From the NCBI GenBank assembly GCA_050273025.1, contig CP158635.1, forward strand, positions 3,038,001 to 3,102,000: 64,000 bases of DNA. Direction: 5' to 3'. Source of the DNA: Cenococcum geophilum. Taxonomy: Eukaryota. Positions 50,766 through 62,772 of the stretch are shown one piece after another. Each line of letters begins with the position of its first letter. Within the stretch, counting starts at the first letter, position 1. Made by a program: the position numbers and the translations under genes. Below the pieces are notes generated by a model. That model had not been told where the DNA came from and searched no databases. It saw nothing but the letters and a program-made list of their open reading frames with translations.

Positions 50766-53700
50766 GACATGTCTATGTAGCTAAGCGAGCACTGCAGCAG
50801 CACCCCTGCATCTTAGCAACACCAACATCATTAACATTTACAAAATTAAGCCTTGCTTGCTTGCTTTCTATATTAGTCTTATTTAAAAGCTAATGCCTTA
50901 TTTACTTAATTTCTAATAATTAATTATTGCTGTTAATAACTTAATAACCTATACGCTTATCTAAACCTTCGCAAATTATTTATAAAAACCTTAAAAACTT
51001 AACTAATAACGATACACTTAATAAGCTAAACTCCTTAGAGGTTACCTACCAGTCTCCCTTACCTTCCCCTACACCTTTAGGCGATACGCCAGCGTTATAG
51101 TCTCTATTCTCTATAATAGCGCCTCTCTCCGCGGCTTAATGCGAGACTTTAGCTACTAAAAAAGCTAAAAAATGGCTTTAGTAACTATATAAAGAGGACC
51201 TAAGGATTAAAAGAGCTTAGGTAAAGGAGGTTAAGGACTAAGCAACTAACTAAAAAATAAAACTTCTTTAGAAATAGGAGGACTGTACTAAAATACTATA
51301 CGTTTAAAAAGAATAGGAAGATTAGGCGACTAAACTCTATATATTAAGCCTCGCTACGGTAATAGCGAAATTAGCTATAGTAGTATTATTCTTAACCCTA
51401 ATTAATAAACTAGGTAAGTTGCTTCTATCTATAGCTAATATCCTAAATACCCTTTTCCCTGGCGTCCTAAATAAAGAGATACTTAAGGTATTTTAGGGTA
51501 CTTTTTTACTTAATAACCTTTCTTGCCTCTAGATATACTAGCTCTAGTCTAAGCCTTAAAATAATATCCTTATTATTAATAGCGTCCTTTTTATAAGATT
51601 AAAAAAAGGGATAATAAAGGACTACCTATTTATTAAAGTATAGGTAGAGGGCTTTCTTAACTATATAATAATTTTAATTATTATATATAAGAATCTTTTA
51701 GTAGATCTTATTCCCTAAATACTTGCCTTCTATAATTAAGTTATCTAGCTATTTACCACCTACTAAATTGCTCCCTTAATAACTATAGCCTTAGAGCACT
51801 ACTTTATAGTTATTTAAAAGAACTAGTTAGAGCTAGCTAACTAAAAGATCTCTAGTAACTTCCTAGATATTTATTATAATCCTAGTACTTATAAATCCGT
51901 ATCTATCTTAAAACGCGTATAAGTAAGCACTAATATCTTAAGGACCTATTATAGCTTTAATAGAGGGAAGTGTGACCTAGGTAAGGATTATAAGTTCCTA
52001 TATACCTATAGTAAGTACGGTGGCCCGTATACTGTAAGAAATTATAAGTAGTAATTACTAGAGGAAAGTGTTAATAAGAAAAAGGAAGAGAAGGAAGAGG
52101 ATTTTATTAAGCTATACCTATACTCTACTAAAACCGTGCTTTACCCTTATAGTACGGGTAGGCTAAATACTATACTATTATTTCCAGTCTTTCTACCCTC
52201 CTCTCCTCTATAGGACTTTCCCTCCCCCTTAATTATTTAAGCGTGGGGGCGTTATTTATCCCTATACCCCGGCAACCTTTAATATAACATTATTAGTATC
52301 TTAAAGTTTAGATGCCAGATTAGGGCAGACCTAAAAATTAAGTTCCTCTCCTAGAAAAATTAAGCCTTAATAGCCACAAATATGGTCTTAATCTTAGAGA
52401 AGATTAGCGCCAATCTAAATATAGGTAGAATTATAATAGCAACGTCTCCTATTATATTTTTATTACTAGGTTTAGTACCTAAAGCGGATAGGGGATGGCG
52501 CCATATTTATAACTTATCCTTACTATCTAGCTAATCTGTTAATAACTTAATCCCTATAGCATTTACTATACTATAATATTTAATAGTTAATTAGGTTCTC
52601 TAATACGTTATATATATAGGCCGTAGTTATATAATTATTAAAAGGGATATTAAGGACGCCTTTTAAAACATCCTACTTTCTATTAAAGCTTAACGCCTTA
52701 TAGGGTTCTCCTAAAAGGGTATAGTATATTTTAAATATTACCTCTTATTTAGCCTTTAAACTACACCCTTTTTATTTAATCTTTTTGCGAAGGGATTCTA
52801 CTAAATACTTATCTAATATATCTTAAACGCCGCCTTAAAGCACTATCTAGATAACTTTATCTTTATACTCTCTAACGCTTCTATCCTCCCTTAATTACTT
52901 AGCGTGTATAACTAATTAAGTAATAAATTAGGCATCCTATAAAACGAATTAAAGAATATTAAAGGCACTATGGCTAAAGTCCTAGGTTATATTATAGATA
53001 CTCTAAAGTCTAAGCTGCGTCTTTCTCCTTTAAAATAGGCCACTATAATTAAGGAGATTAATAAAGCGTTAAGTGGTAGATCCCTAACGCTAGTTTAGAG
53101 TTAAAAACTAGCTAGTAGACTTACTTAAAGCGCCCGGGTAATTAGGCTTAGGTATTTATATAATCGCTCTATCTAGGAGTTTATCTCTACTTTTATAAAA
53201 GTAGGTGGTTATCCTTACTAACGGCTAATAGCTAAACTTTGCCAAGACTTATTATAGTGGAGGGATACTCTTACCCTTTTAAATAGTATCCTCTTTTTTA
53301 ATAATATAAATTAAAAATAATTCTATCTCTTTTTAGACGTATCCGGGATTCTTAGTTATAGGGCCTTCTTCTTTCTTAAGGATTCTTAAGGGATAATATA
53401 GCCGCCCTATTTAGTATCTCTACCCTAAGATAATTCTTTAAGCTACTACCCTAATATAAAACACCGCCTTGCCCTAATTAATAAGTAGGAGGTCTAAGTA
53501 ATTACAACCTTATTCTAGCTTTAGGTAACGCGGTAGGAGTATAGCTTAGTCTATATCCATACGGATAATATAGTAGCACTCTTAGGATTTTAGAATATGG
53601 TGGTAAAAGAACTGGGTAATTACCCGCTCCGTAAAATCCTTTAACTAGCCGCAGCCTATAATATTACGCTCTATATAGAGTGGGTTTCCTTTATAAAAAA

Positions 53701-55507
53701 TAGGCTAGCTAATACTCTATCTCATTTTAATTGCAATAGGGTGTTATTATTATACCCGCATTAGGATACTTCTAATTTACCGTTACTATACGCTTCTTTA
53801 TTATATTTAATCTAACGCTAAAATAAAAGACCTAGTTCCTTTTAAAGACCCCCTACCTAATTTCTAGATTAAGGTAAAAGCCCCCTTAGAATACTTCGGC
53901 TAACTATTATAGCATAGCCTCTTTAATAGAATAAGAGATTTATACTATTCCGCAATTAAGAGTTAGGAGGGCTACTACAACCTTTATAGAGCGGTAAAGT
54001 ACTTAGCGCCCCTCTACTACCTAGGAGAATGGATTACCTAATAGATCTTTAGTAATGCTAGTCTAGGAATAAGCCGTATTAAGCCTACTATAATTAGAGC
54101 CTATGTCTTCGCAATTTAATCCCACTATATTAACGCTAATTATAATACCTCCGTCTTTAATAATCCTATTATTAAGAGAATCCTAAACGGTGTAACATCT
54201 ATAAATCCCTCTACTACGGCTAAAAGATTGCTAATTACTAAAGATATTCTTACCTAATTAGTTACCCTAAATACCTAATCCGTTAAGGATCTTAACTTTA
54301 ATACCGCTATTACTATAGCCTTTACGGGATTCCTTTATCTAGGCGAGATTACCTACACTAAGGCTTAGAAAGATAGCTACGCCTTCTTTACTATAAAATG
54401 TACTAGAAATAATATAACGCTAGTAGAGGACTATATAATATTATATCTAAAGTATAGTAAAACAGACGTTAATTACTAAGGAGTCTTAATTATAATTGCC
54501 GCTTTAGGGCAACCTAAATGCGCAGTTTAAGCTATAAAACACCTATTTAAAAATAACCCCTAACCTAAAAACGCCCCTCTCTTTTACTTTAAGAGATTGG
54601 CCTTTATAAGCTACGCGGTTAGAAATAAGCTAAAGTATAAAGTTACTGCTCTTAGCCTCTACTCTAAGCTCTATAATAGACACTTATTTTAAAAAGGTGC
54701 TACTTAATACGCTTAAGATAACGGTTTTATAAACGGCTAAATATAGCAACTAGGCTAGTAGTCCTTATAAGCGTTCCAGCTTTACTATTTATTATCCCTA
54801 AAAAACCTATTCTGGCTAAGTATAAACTTCTAACATAGAATACTAATACTGTTCTTATTATTACTCGCCCTAGATATAATAGGTAAAGGTATTTAGGTAT
54901 AACGGCGTATAGAAGTACCTATTTTAGCACTTTAATATATTAACTTAAATCTCTCCTTTCCCCCCTTTTTTTATTTTTTATTTTTTCTTCCCCTTACTCT
55001 ACCTTGTGTGGTATAGGCGCTGCGCTTCTAGGTCTATAGGTATTACGTTTAGTTAAGGTAGAGTAATCCCCTATAAATAGCCTTATGAATATACCTATTC
55101 TTAATTAATGCCTTTAAGCCCGTACCTACTAATTAGATTAATTAATCCTCTTCTCCGTAAGTATATAAATAATAGATAGATATATCTATATGGCTAAGCG
55201 AGCACTATAGCAGCACCCCTATATCTTAGTAACATTAATATTATTAACATTTACAAAATTAAGCCTTGCTTGCTTGCTTTCCCTCCTACCTATACCTTTT
55301 TCTTTGGTTATATATTTTAGGCTTTGTAAATAGATACTGTAGCGATATGCTTGCGCACGGGTCTATGGGCATCACGTTTAGTTAAGGCAGGGCAATCCCC
55401 TGCAAATGGCCTTGCGAATATACCCATTCTTAATTAATGCCTTTAAGCCCGTACCCACTAATCAGATTAATTAATCCTCTTCTCCGCAAGCGTGTGAATA
55501 ATAGACA
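50766..55507 (+). mobile_element. Ngaro-type (DIRS order) tyrosine-recombinase retrotransposon, RIPped, structurally complete
   Basis: Split direct repeats A1 50766-50868, B1 55031-55178, A2 55179-55281, B2 55360-55507. RT remnants LGLVPKADRGWR (~52465), KRDIKDAF (~52640), PFLFNLFAKG, HYLDNFIF (~52840); RNase H HTDN (~53558). Recombinase remnants AFTGFL..GE (~54320), SKTD (~54456) and a GHSFRKGA-like motif (~54680). Confidence 0.93.
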
Positions 55508-55569
55508 ACGTTTGTAGGCCTCGATGAGCTAAGAGGGTAGGTGGGGGCAGAAGGCCATGTCATACGGCA

Positions 55570-55576
55570 TATAAAA
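55570..55576 (+). promoter_or_regulatory. TATA box of the phosphate transporter gene
   Basis: TATAAAA 85 bp upstream of ATG 55655, followed by a CT-rich stretch. Confidence 0.6.
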
Positions 55577-55654
55577 GCTTTGTCTCGCTATCTCTCTCTT
55601 ACCTCTAGTATCCGGCATCTATTATCGACTAACACCCGCTCACCTTCCGTCAAG

Positions 55655-57652
55655 ATGGCGATCCACCAGCACACCTACGTCTTTGTTATTGGCACTTTGT
55701 TTGCCATGCTCGATGCCTACAACAACGGTGCAAGTGAGTAGCTCGGACCTGCTTCTGTGTGGTACAGATACTAATTAATTTGATAGACGATGTGGCAAAC
55801 GCCTGGGCGACCAGTGTCTCGTCGAGGTCCATCTCGTACAGACAGGCAATGGTATTTGGCACCATATTTGAGATGCTTGGAGCGATCACTGTCGGCGCGC
55901 GAACGGCCGACACTATCAAGAACGGCATCATTCCCAACTCGGCCTTCCGCGGCGATGCTGGTGTCCAGATGCTCGCATTCACCTGCGCGCTCGCAGCCGC
56001 CTCTTCATGGGTCATGTGGTGCACGCGACACTCTGCCCACGTCTCGTCGACCTACTCGCTCATCTCGGCCGTCGCCGGCGTCGGTGTCGCGACCGTCGGG
56101 GCCTCCAAGGTCCAGTGGAGCTGGAACAATGGCAAGGGTCTCGGTGCCATCTTTGCCGGGCTGGGAATGGCTCCTGCCATTTCCGCCGGCTTTGCCGCTA
56201 GCATCTTCATGCTCATTAAGCTCGTTGTGCACATTCGCAAGAATCCCGTGCCGTGGGCCGTCTACACCTCGCCCTTCTTCTTCCTTATCGCCGGTACCAT
56301 TTGCACACTGTCCATCGTCTACAAGGGCTCTCCCAACCTAGGCCTAAACAAGAAGCCCGCGTGGTATGTTGCCGCCGTCACCATGGGCACAGGCGGTGGT
56401 GTCGCCGTCCTGTCGGCCATCTTCTTCGTCCCCTTCGTGTATGCAAAGATTATTAAGAAGGATAACAAGGTTAAGCCGTGGATGTTCATACTGGGCCCTC
56501 TGCTCTTCAAACGCCCAGCCCCTGCCGATGCTGACCGGGCCAATGTTCCCAACTACGCCGTCGTCCAGGAGGACCAGGAGGAACAGGAGAAACAGTCCCC
56601 CACTCGCTCGCCAGAATTAGTCGGTGAATATGATGCTAATAAGAACGAGACCGGAGACATGCCCATCACGACCCCCGCCGAGGAAAACGAGAAGAAGCTT
56701 GCTGCGGCCGAGGCCACACAGTTCACCTACAAAGAGCTTATGGCTCAGGGCGAGAGCAAGCTGCATGCAAAGCTCAGGAAGAAGCGCGGTCCCCTCGGCT
56801 GGGCTATGCGCACACTCCATGACAACCCTATGGGCGCTGGCCAGCTCTACGAGCTTCACAACATCAAGATTGTCGCAAAGCGCATTCCTGCCATGATCGT
56901 TTGCGGTGCTCTCTATGGCCTCCACTATGATATCCACGCTGCACAGACTGGTATTGCTGGCACCCCGGAGGGTAACCGCATGCAGCGTGTGTACGCACAC
57001 GCAGAGAAGTATCCCAACGAAGTCGAGCACACCTACTCGTTCGTCCAGATCCTCACCGCCTGCACTGCATCCTTTGCCCATGGCGCCAATGACATTGGAA
57101 ACTCGGTCGGACCCTGGGCTGTCATCTACTCCGCCTGGTCTACCGGCAGTGCCGCTGCTTCCAAGGCTCCTGTCCCCATCTGGCAGCTCGCCGTTCTCTC
57201 TGCAACCATCTCGGTCGGCCTTATTACCTATGGTTACAACATCATGAAGGGTGAGCGGAGCTCAATGGCGTACCTTGAATACTTATGCTAACTCGATTCT
57301 TGAACAGTCATGGGTAACAAGATCACATACCATTCACCTAGTAGAGGTTTGTCGCCTTCCCTCCGGGCTAACACGGCATCTGCTGACTCTGCTCGTTTTT
57401 CCAGGTTGCTCTATGGAGATGGGCGCCGCCATCACCGTCCTCGTCTTCTCGCAGTACTCTCTTCCCGTCTCTACCTCTATGTGCATCACTGGCGCTACCG
57501 TCGGTGTCGGCCTCTGCAACGGCACCTTAAAGGCAGTCAACTTCCAGCGAGTCGGCCTCCTCGTCCTCGCATGGATCGCCACTATCCCCATCGCCGGCAC
57601 TCTCGGAGGAGTACTCATGGGTCTGTTCCTCAATGCTCCTCACTTTTCCTAA
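55655..57652 (+). CDS. PHO89: Inorganic phosphate transporter, PiT/PHO4 family (Na+/Pi symporter, Pho89/PHO-4-like), 609 aa; exons 55655-55733, 55787-57250, 57308-57346, 57405-57652
   Basis: Signature motifs GANDVANAWATSV (formed across intron 1), HGANDIGN and PVSTS. Three GT-AG introns with CTAAY/CTGAC branch sites preserve the frame (1830 nt). Confidence 0.95.
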
Positions 57653-57929
57653 ACGGAGTCTCACTTCTAATTGATGAGATGCCCACTTGACTTATGCATA
57701 GTCATAACTGATTCTTGGATTTATTGCAAATATAACTAGGGTATTGAATGGCATAAACAAGGGTCCTGTATGTTAGTACTGTTTGAAGAATAATTGTTGT
57801 AACTAGCTGTCGACCTGCTGCCTACCACCCTATGAATTACCACCCTGTTCCAGCCGCCTGTTATTATTTTTCTATTACCTACACCATCCCCCTCTATTCC
57901 TACATCTTCTTCATGTAAGCTCGGGCCCA

Positions 57930-58730
57930 TAGTACTCGGACGCCCCTGAGCTCGGATGTCTTACCAAAATCAAATCACCAATTTTTCTACGCAATTAATC
58001 CACCACTTCTTGTTCAATATAGCTTAAAATTAGGACATAGCATAAGAAGCTCTTGTTAAATACCAAAATGAGGGACATTTGTCTATTTAAGAAGCTATAC
58101 TAGCTTATACCGTTTTACATTTAATTTTAAGCGAGTAATTATATAGGAAGTTTCTATAACGATTTATATACTAATACTAGCAGGAATCAACTCCTACCTA
58201 AAAAGAGTTGCTTATTGTGAGGCGACTAGCTCCGCACCACTCAGCCATGGCACAAACTGTTGGTAGGGGGGGGTACTTGGGCAGTCTCTTTGAGCTCAGC
58301 GGCGTATCACGTGATAACCGTGCGTATTATCAAATGCACGGCCTCACTAAATGCTCGCTTCTCCACCATTTTCACAAATAAGTTTAGTAACCTATAACTC
58401 CACCATTTCTTAACGTATTTAATTTATTTTTAGCGAAATTTAAAGCTTAAAGGAATGTGAAACTTTCTATCTAATTATCCCTCTCTAAAACCTTTCGTGT
58501 AGGTTTGGGTTGCCTCCTAGGTTACTTATATTAAAATACCACCTCGGCATTATTATTTACACTTTTAGGCTTAACCTCTACCTTTTTAGGAGATAGCTTC
58601 CTAATAGGTACTTTCCTAGGCTTCTTATTAGCCTACTTAACCTCTACTTTTAACTGTCTATCTATTACTTGCTGCTCTTTCTTTACCTATCTCTATACCT
58701 TTAATTTAGCTTCCCTTTTTAGCCTTTCCT
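57930..58730. mobile_element. Degenerate AT-rich, probably DNA-transposon remnant
   Basis: RIP-like composition; minus-strand K/E/R-rich frame ending PRRQPKPTRKVLE (~58480-58520), similar to fungal transposase C-termini. No clear termini found. Confidence 0.45.
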
Positions 58731-58755
58731 TCTCATCACAGAGCTCAGGGAAATT

Positions 58756-59346
58756 ATGAAATTCTTCCGATCTCCTCCACCAAAGAACCTGAAACAGATC
58801 AAAAGGATCTACATACCAAACCAGCTCCGACCGCATACGAAAGATAGTCCCTCGCTTTCCTCCGCCACGACATTCTTGCCCCAGAGGATGTCTCTGAAAA
58901 GCTTTAGCATCGCAATTCCTCAGTATGTGGGCTCGAACAACGGGAAGCTGTCATTTACAGCCCTCCGTATGCTTCAAGATGGTTGTTTAAATGAGGTTCG
59001 GTTCGTACAGGAAAGGATAGTTTCCCCGCATCTGTGGGAAGGGGAAGCGAGTGTGTTTGGAGATGATATTGTTAAAGACTTTGTGGAAGATATTCTTCTG
59101 GATAAAGAGACGTGTGAAGACCTGCAAAAGCGTCGAAGATCGTGTATTAAATGGAGATGCAGGGTTCCAGCTGGTAAATATGATGAGGAACAGTTGGAAA
59201 AGACACGGGCTGCATACAGGGATATGCTTATAGGTATTAAGAACGTATGGGAGGGTGCAGGAGTAACGGTAGAACGTGAGAGCAGCTACCTAAAGACTGA
59301 AAGGTCAGCAGTGGTAATTAGGTGTTGGGAGAAGAGGGAAAGCTAA
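58756..59346 (+). CDS. Hypothetical protein, 196 aa, probably the 3' part of a truncated gene
   Basis: The frame stays open upstream of the ATG (FLLITELREI-MKFF) into the AT-rich remnant; no recognised domain. Confidence 0.45.
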   Translation: MKFFRSPPPKNLKQIKRIYIPNQLRPHTKDSPSLSSATTFLPQRMSLKSFSIAIPQYVGSNNGKLSFTALRMLQDGCLNEVRFVQERIVSPHLWEGEASVFGDDIVKDFVEDILLDKETCEDLQKRRRSCIKWRCRVPAGKYDEEQLEKTRAAYRDMLIGIKNVWEGAGVTVERESSYLKTERSAVVIRCWEKRES

Positions 59347-60259
59347 AAGAGGAAGTAAACTAGAATTGCAGGATATAGTTAGGGAGGGGCGAAAGCGCCC
59401 TCGCCTCTCTATAGTGTCCAACCTTATCAAAACCACAAACCTTACCATCCCCATCAATGGCGGAAGCTAAACGGTTTCGAAATCATACAAAGTTTACATA
59501 TTTTAAAAGTAAATAAAGTTCGCCATTTCAACACCCGTAAAAGTTGTAGAGGACATATTGAGAGATGCAGGGAAGAACGCTGTTTGGAGTAAATCCCCGT
59601 CATGAAGCTGGACCTGGAGGCATTCTAATATCTGGTTTGTGAGTAGTTACATATCAGTGTTCAAGCCAAATTTTCATTATGGCGAAGCACTTTTAGAAAA
59701 GATGGGCGGAGGCTTTCCGCACCCGCCCTCGCTAGGGAACGTTAAGAACAGGAGATTATTTTAGAGGCGTCTGAAGACGTTTAGGTAGTTCTCCATTTAA
59801 TTTGTTCTAAGATATTTTAAATTTAATATAATAGTTTCTGCTAAGAAACAAAGCACCGACAATGCTCGCTATTTGATGAGTGACAGATTGAACAGAGCGC
59901 CAATACCGTTCCTAAAACGAGATGGTCAGGGACTATAACAAGAGCATGTATCAGAGATATGCTGGGAAAGGAACAAAGCCGGAATTGCCTTTCTAAGCCA
60001 ACGCTATGCAAGTAGTTGCCAACATCTCGCGCATATTCGAGACTCCAAATTCCCTGAACGCCAGGATATCATGCCCACTCATATCCTCGTGTGGCTGGTA
60101 TCTACTGGAAAAAGCGATGTATCTTGTGTACAACAACAGATGAACACAGAAATCGGGGGGTCGTTAAAGTACTTTTTGGTCCCGTCCACGACCGTTATGA
60201 GACGAAAGCGTAAGACGTCTATTCCAAGCCAAAGAAAAAAGATAGCGTGAGATCGTTCA

Positions 60260-61681
60260 TTACCGGCGAGAAAGGCCTGAGTGAGCTGCCATCGAGCGCT
60301 TGGTGGGCCGTACGTCTTCCTCGCTTTCGGAGATTTCCTCTCCATCGTCCAGTTCTGCGTCACTGTCTGGCTCAGACAAATCGTCTCCCGTGTCATTTTC
60401 CGTCTCCTCTGCTTCCTCATCGTACATCACTTCCGAGTCTTCACTTTCATCATCCGACTCTTCCACATGGTCAATACCGTTCACAGTTGTTGGCATTTCG
60501 TCATCCTCAGAACTTTCGTTCTCTTCTATGTGCTGTAAGTCCGCTGGTTTCCTTTGGTTCGATTTGTCCGGTCTAGAGCCTCTATCAATGGCGAGCCGAC
60601 CTTCTTCAGTCACTGCCTCATCTGATGAGATTTCTTCCTCTCCCTCAACATATATTACACCTTCACCATCATCATCCTCAGTCGCAGCCGTCTTCTGAAT
60701 ATTTCTTCTCAGCTCTAGCTGAGCGTACAGCATATCTAACCTTCCCTTGAGCGACAGAAGCGGCTGAAGACCACTTGCTCTCTCCTTGAGGACTTTGTTC
60801 AAGTTGGAAAGCTGCCGCACTACTTTTGGCTGGCTGGCTAGATATCCACCGTGTGCTACGAGAGACCATTGTACCCATACCATGAGGTTACCGGCACGCC
60901 CGGGGCGTTTGTGTAGTATTTCTGCTAGCTTTTGTAGAAGATTCGCGATGAGGGTCGAGGGAAGTCGTTCAATGGTGGATCGCACGCTTTCCAAGTCGTT
61001 CATTCCGAAACATGATTCCAACAACTCTCTGTCATTTGTCTTGAGGGCTTGTGTAAGCACTGTGCCGAGGGATGTTGCAGATGGAAGCGAAAGTGTCCGA
61101 TTCCTTGAAGCAGGTGCAAGAGCCCTGACATTCGCATTGGGATCGGCGAAGGTGGTTTCAACGTCGACAATGTCTGGCGCATTCGCTTGAAGTAGTTCCC
61201 CAAAGGACGGCTCCTCGGGCTCTGCGGTCATCTCTGCAGGGCCCTCCTCCCCATGGATGCTTCCATCTGCCATGACTGCGTCTTCTCCGGATGGGCCATC
61301 CTGCTCTTTCCCCGGCCCAGAGTCTCCTTCGCCCTCGCCTTCATCATCGGAACTCCCGTAGTCACTCTCCTCTTCTTCGTCGCTGCTTATCGTGACCACT
61401 TCTCTTCTGGCGTCTTCCATCTCGACGTCACCATTACCGCTTCCACCGGCTGCCACGACAGCTCTTGCCTCATCCACTCTGTCTTTCCGTGCGTCCTTGA
61501 TGCCGTTGGCTTTGGCGGCGAGGAAAGGCTTTGCATCTGATTTCTCAGGGATTAATGCTGCGAGGCCGTTTTGGCGGGTGTCGCGTGGTGGCTGTGATAA
61601 CTTTGGCTTTTTGGCAGGCGGGTGCGAGGCCCGGGGCTCAGTCCCTAGCGGGCGATTTCGCGAGGCAACAGCGGCGACCAT
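60260..61681 (-). CDS. UTP5: U3 snoRNP / SSU processome subunit Utp5 (Dip2/Utp12 domain), 473 aa
   Basis: SLGTVLTQALKTNDRELLESC...STIERL...WVQWSLVAHGGYL...LLSLKGRLDML matches the Utp12/Dip2 domain; long acidic C-terminal tract. Confidence 0.88.
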   Translation of the reverse strand: MVAAVASRNRPLGTEPRASHPPAKKPKLSQPPRDTRQNGLAALIPEKSDAKPFLAAKANGIKDARKDRVDEARAVVAAGGSGNGDVEMEDARREVVTISSDEEEESDYGSSDDEGEGEGDSGPGKEQDGPSGEDAVMADGSIHGEEGPAEMTAEPEEPSFGELLQANAPDIVDVETTFADPNANVRALAPASRNRTLSLPSATSLGTVLTQALKTNDRELLESCFGMNDLESVRSTIERLPSTLIANLLQKLAEILHKRPGRAGNLMVWVQWSLVAHGGYLASQPKVVRQLSNLNKVLKERASGLQPLLSLKGRLDMLYAQLELRRNIQKTAATEDDDGEGVIYVEGEEEISSDEAVTEEGRLAIDRGSRPDKSNQRKPADLQHIEENESSEDDEMPTTVNGIDHVEESDDESEDSEVMYDEEAEETENDTGDDLSEPDSDAELDDGEEISESEEDVRPTKRSMAAHSGLSRR

Positions 61682-62772
61682 GGTGAGAAGAGCACGCAGA
61701 CGCGGAGCGGTGGGTGGTGGAGGGAGTCGCAGTCGCAGAAGAGACTCCGGCTGCCTGGTGGTCGCTGATGGTGCCCAAGGCGGCGAAAAGATTTGTGAGG
61801 TAGATTTTTCGTCGATGCATGGACCTGGTGGTAGCGAAACAATGCGCGCGCGCTAAGCCGTTTGCGTTAAAGGGGGCCAGCGTGCGGTGTGATTGGCCGG
61901 CACAGCCAAGGCCTGGCGGAGGAGCTGGATTCTTAAAGTCGCATCACCCCCTCGGATCCATGGACTCCTTTCTCTGGCCCTTTTGAAGCTTTTGCTGCAC
62001 GATTCGCCTCCAATCACGCGCTCGCTGCCCACCTTACTCGCCATTACCAACCCTCCGCTCCACCCCCGGTCCGCGCTCTTGACGCCTAAAAAGGGCTTTG
62101 CGACTTTCGCCCTGAGACAGCACCTTCGCCAGGTTATTTTTACTTGTGGGCCTTTGACTCGTCATCATCATTATTTATTTGGTCTCACCCGCTCTCTGGG
62201 CACATCCCGACCACCCCGACATCCCGACACCCCGACCCAAGACTATTTGAATTTTCGCGACTCAGCCTCGCCAACAGACGCGTCTGCCCCTTCACTCGCC
62301 CAATCCCAGCCGCCGCTCCCAGGCTCTGACTCACCCTGGTAAAGTCTTTACACGCTCTGTGTGGCCACCCACCCCAGCTCCCACCCTAATCAGCCCGCTG
62401 TCACGTGCTCCTCCCCCCCGGCTCGCCTCGTGTTTCAGCCGCCGAGCATAAATCTTCGGGCTGTTGCTCTCTTAACTTCTTACTTCCGCACTTTCGAAAA
62501 AAGTCTCGGTCGCAAGCCACCCCCACCCCCCACCCCGCTCTGACCAAACCCATAACCACTTTCAAAAAACACTGTGCGGCTGCCTTGACGCTAACTGGCG
62601 CGTACTCTCTTGAAAGTTCTCTAGCCGTTTGCGCTGCCTGACGTCTTTGACGGCTGCCTGTCGCGTGCCTTGCGCCGTCGATCAAAACATTCTGCGTCAG
62701 GCTGAGCGTACACAAACAAACATCCTCCTTCTGGGGAGACTGACTGCGCGCAACCTATAGCTATCTGGCCCT

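Noticed and set aside
53900..54850. Tyrosine recombinase as a Starship captain or Crypton
   Set aside because: It follows RT/RNase H remnants and is enclosed by A-B-A-B split repeats, i.e. a Ngaro retrotransposon.
55686..57690. Numerous overlapping ORFs on both strands of the transporter
   Set aside because: Shadow ORFs from high GC at third codon positions; the spliced PiT frame explains the region.
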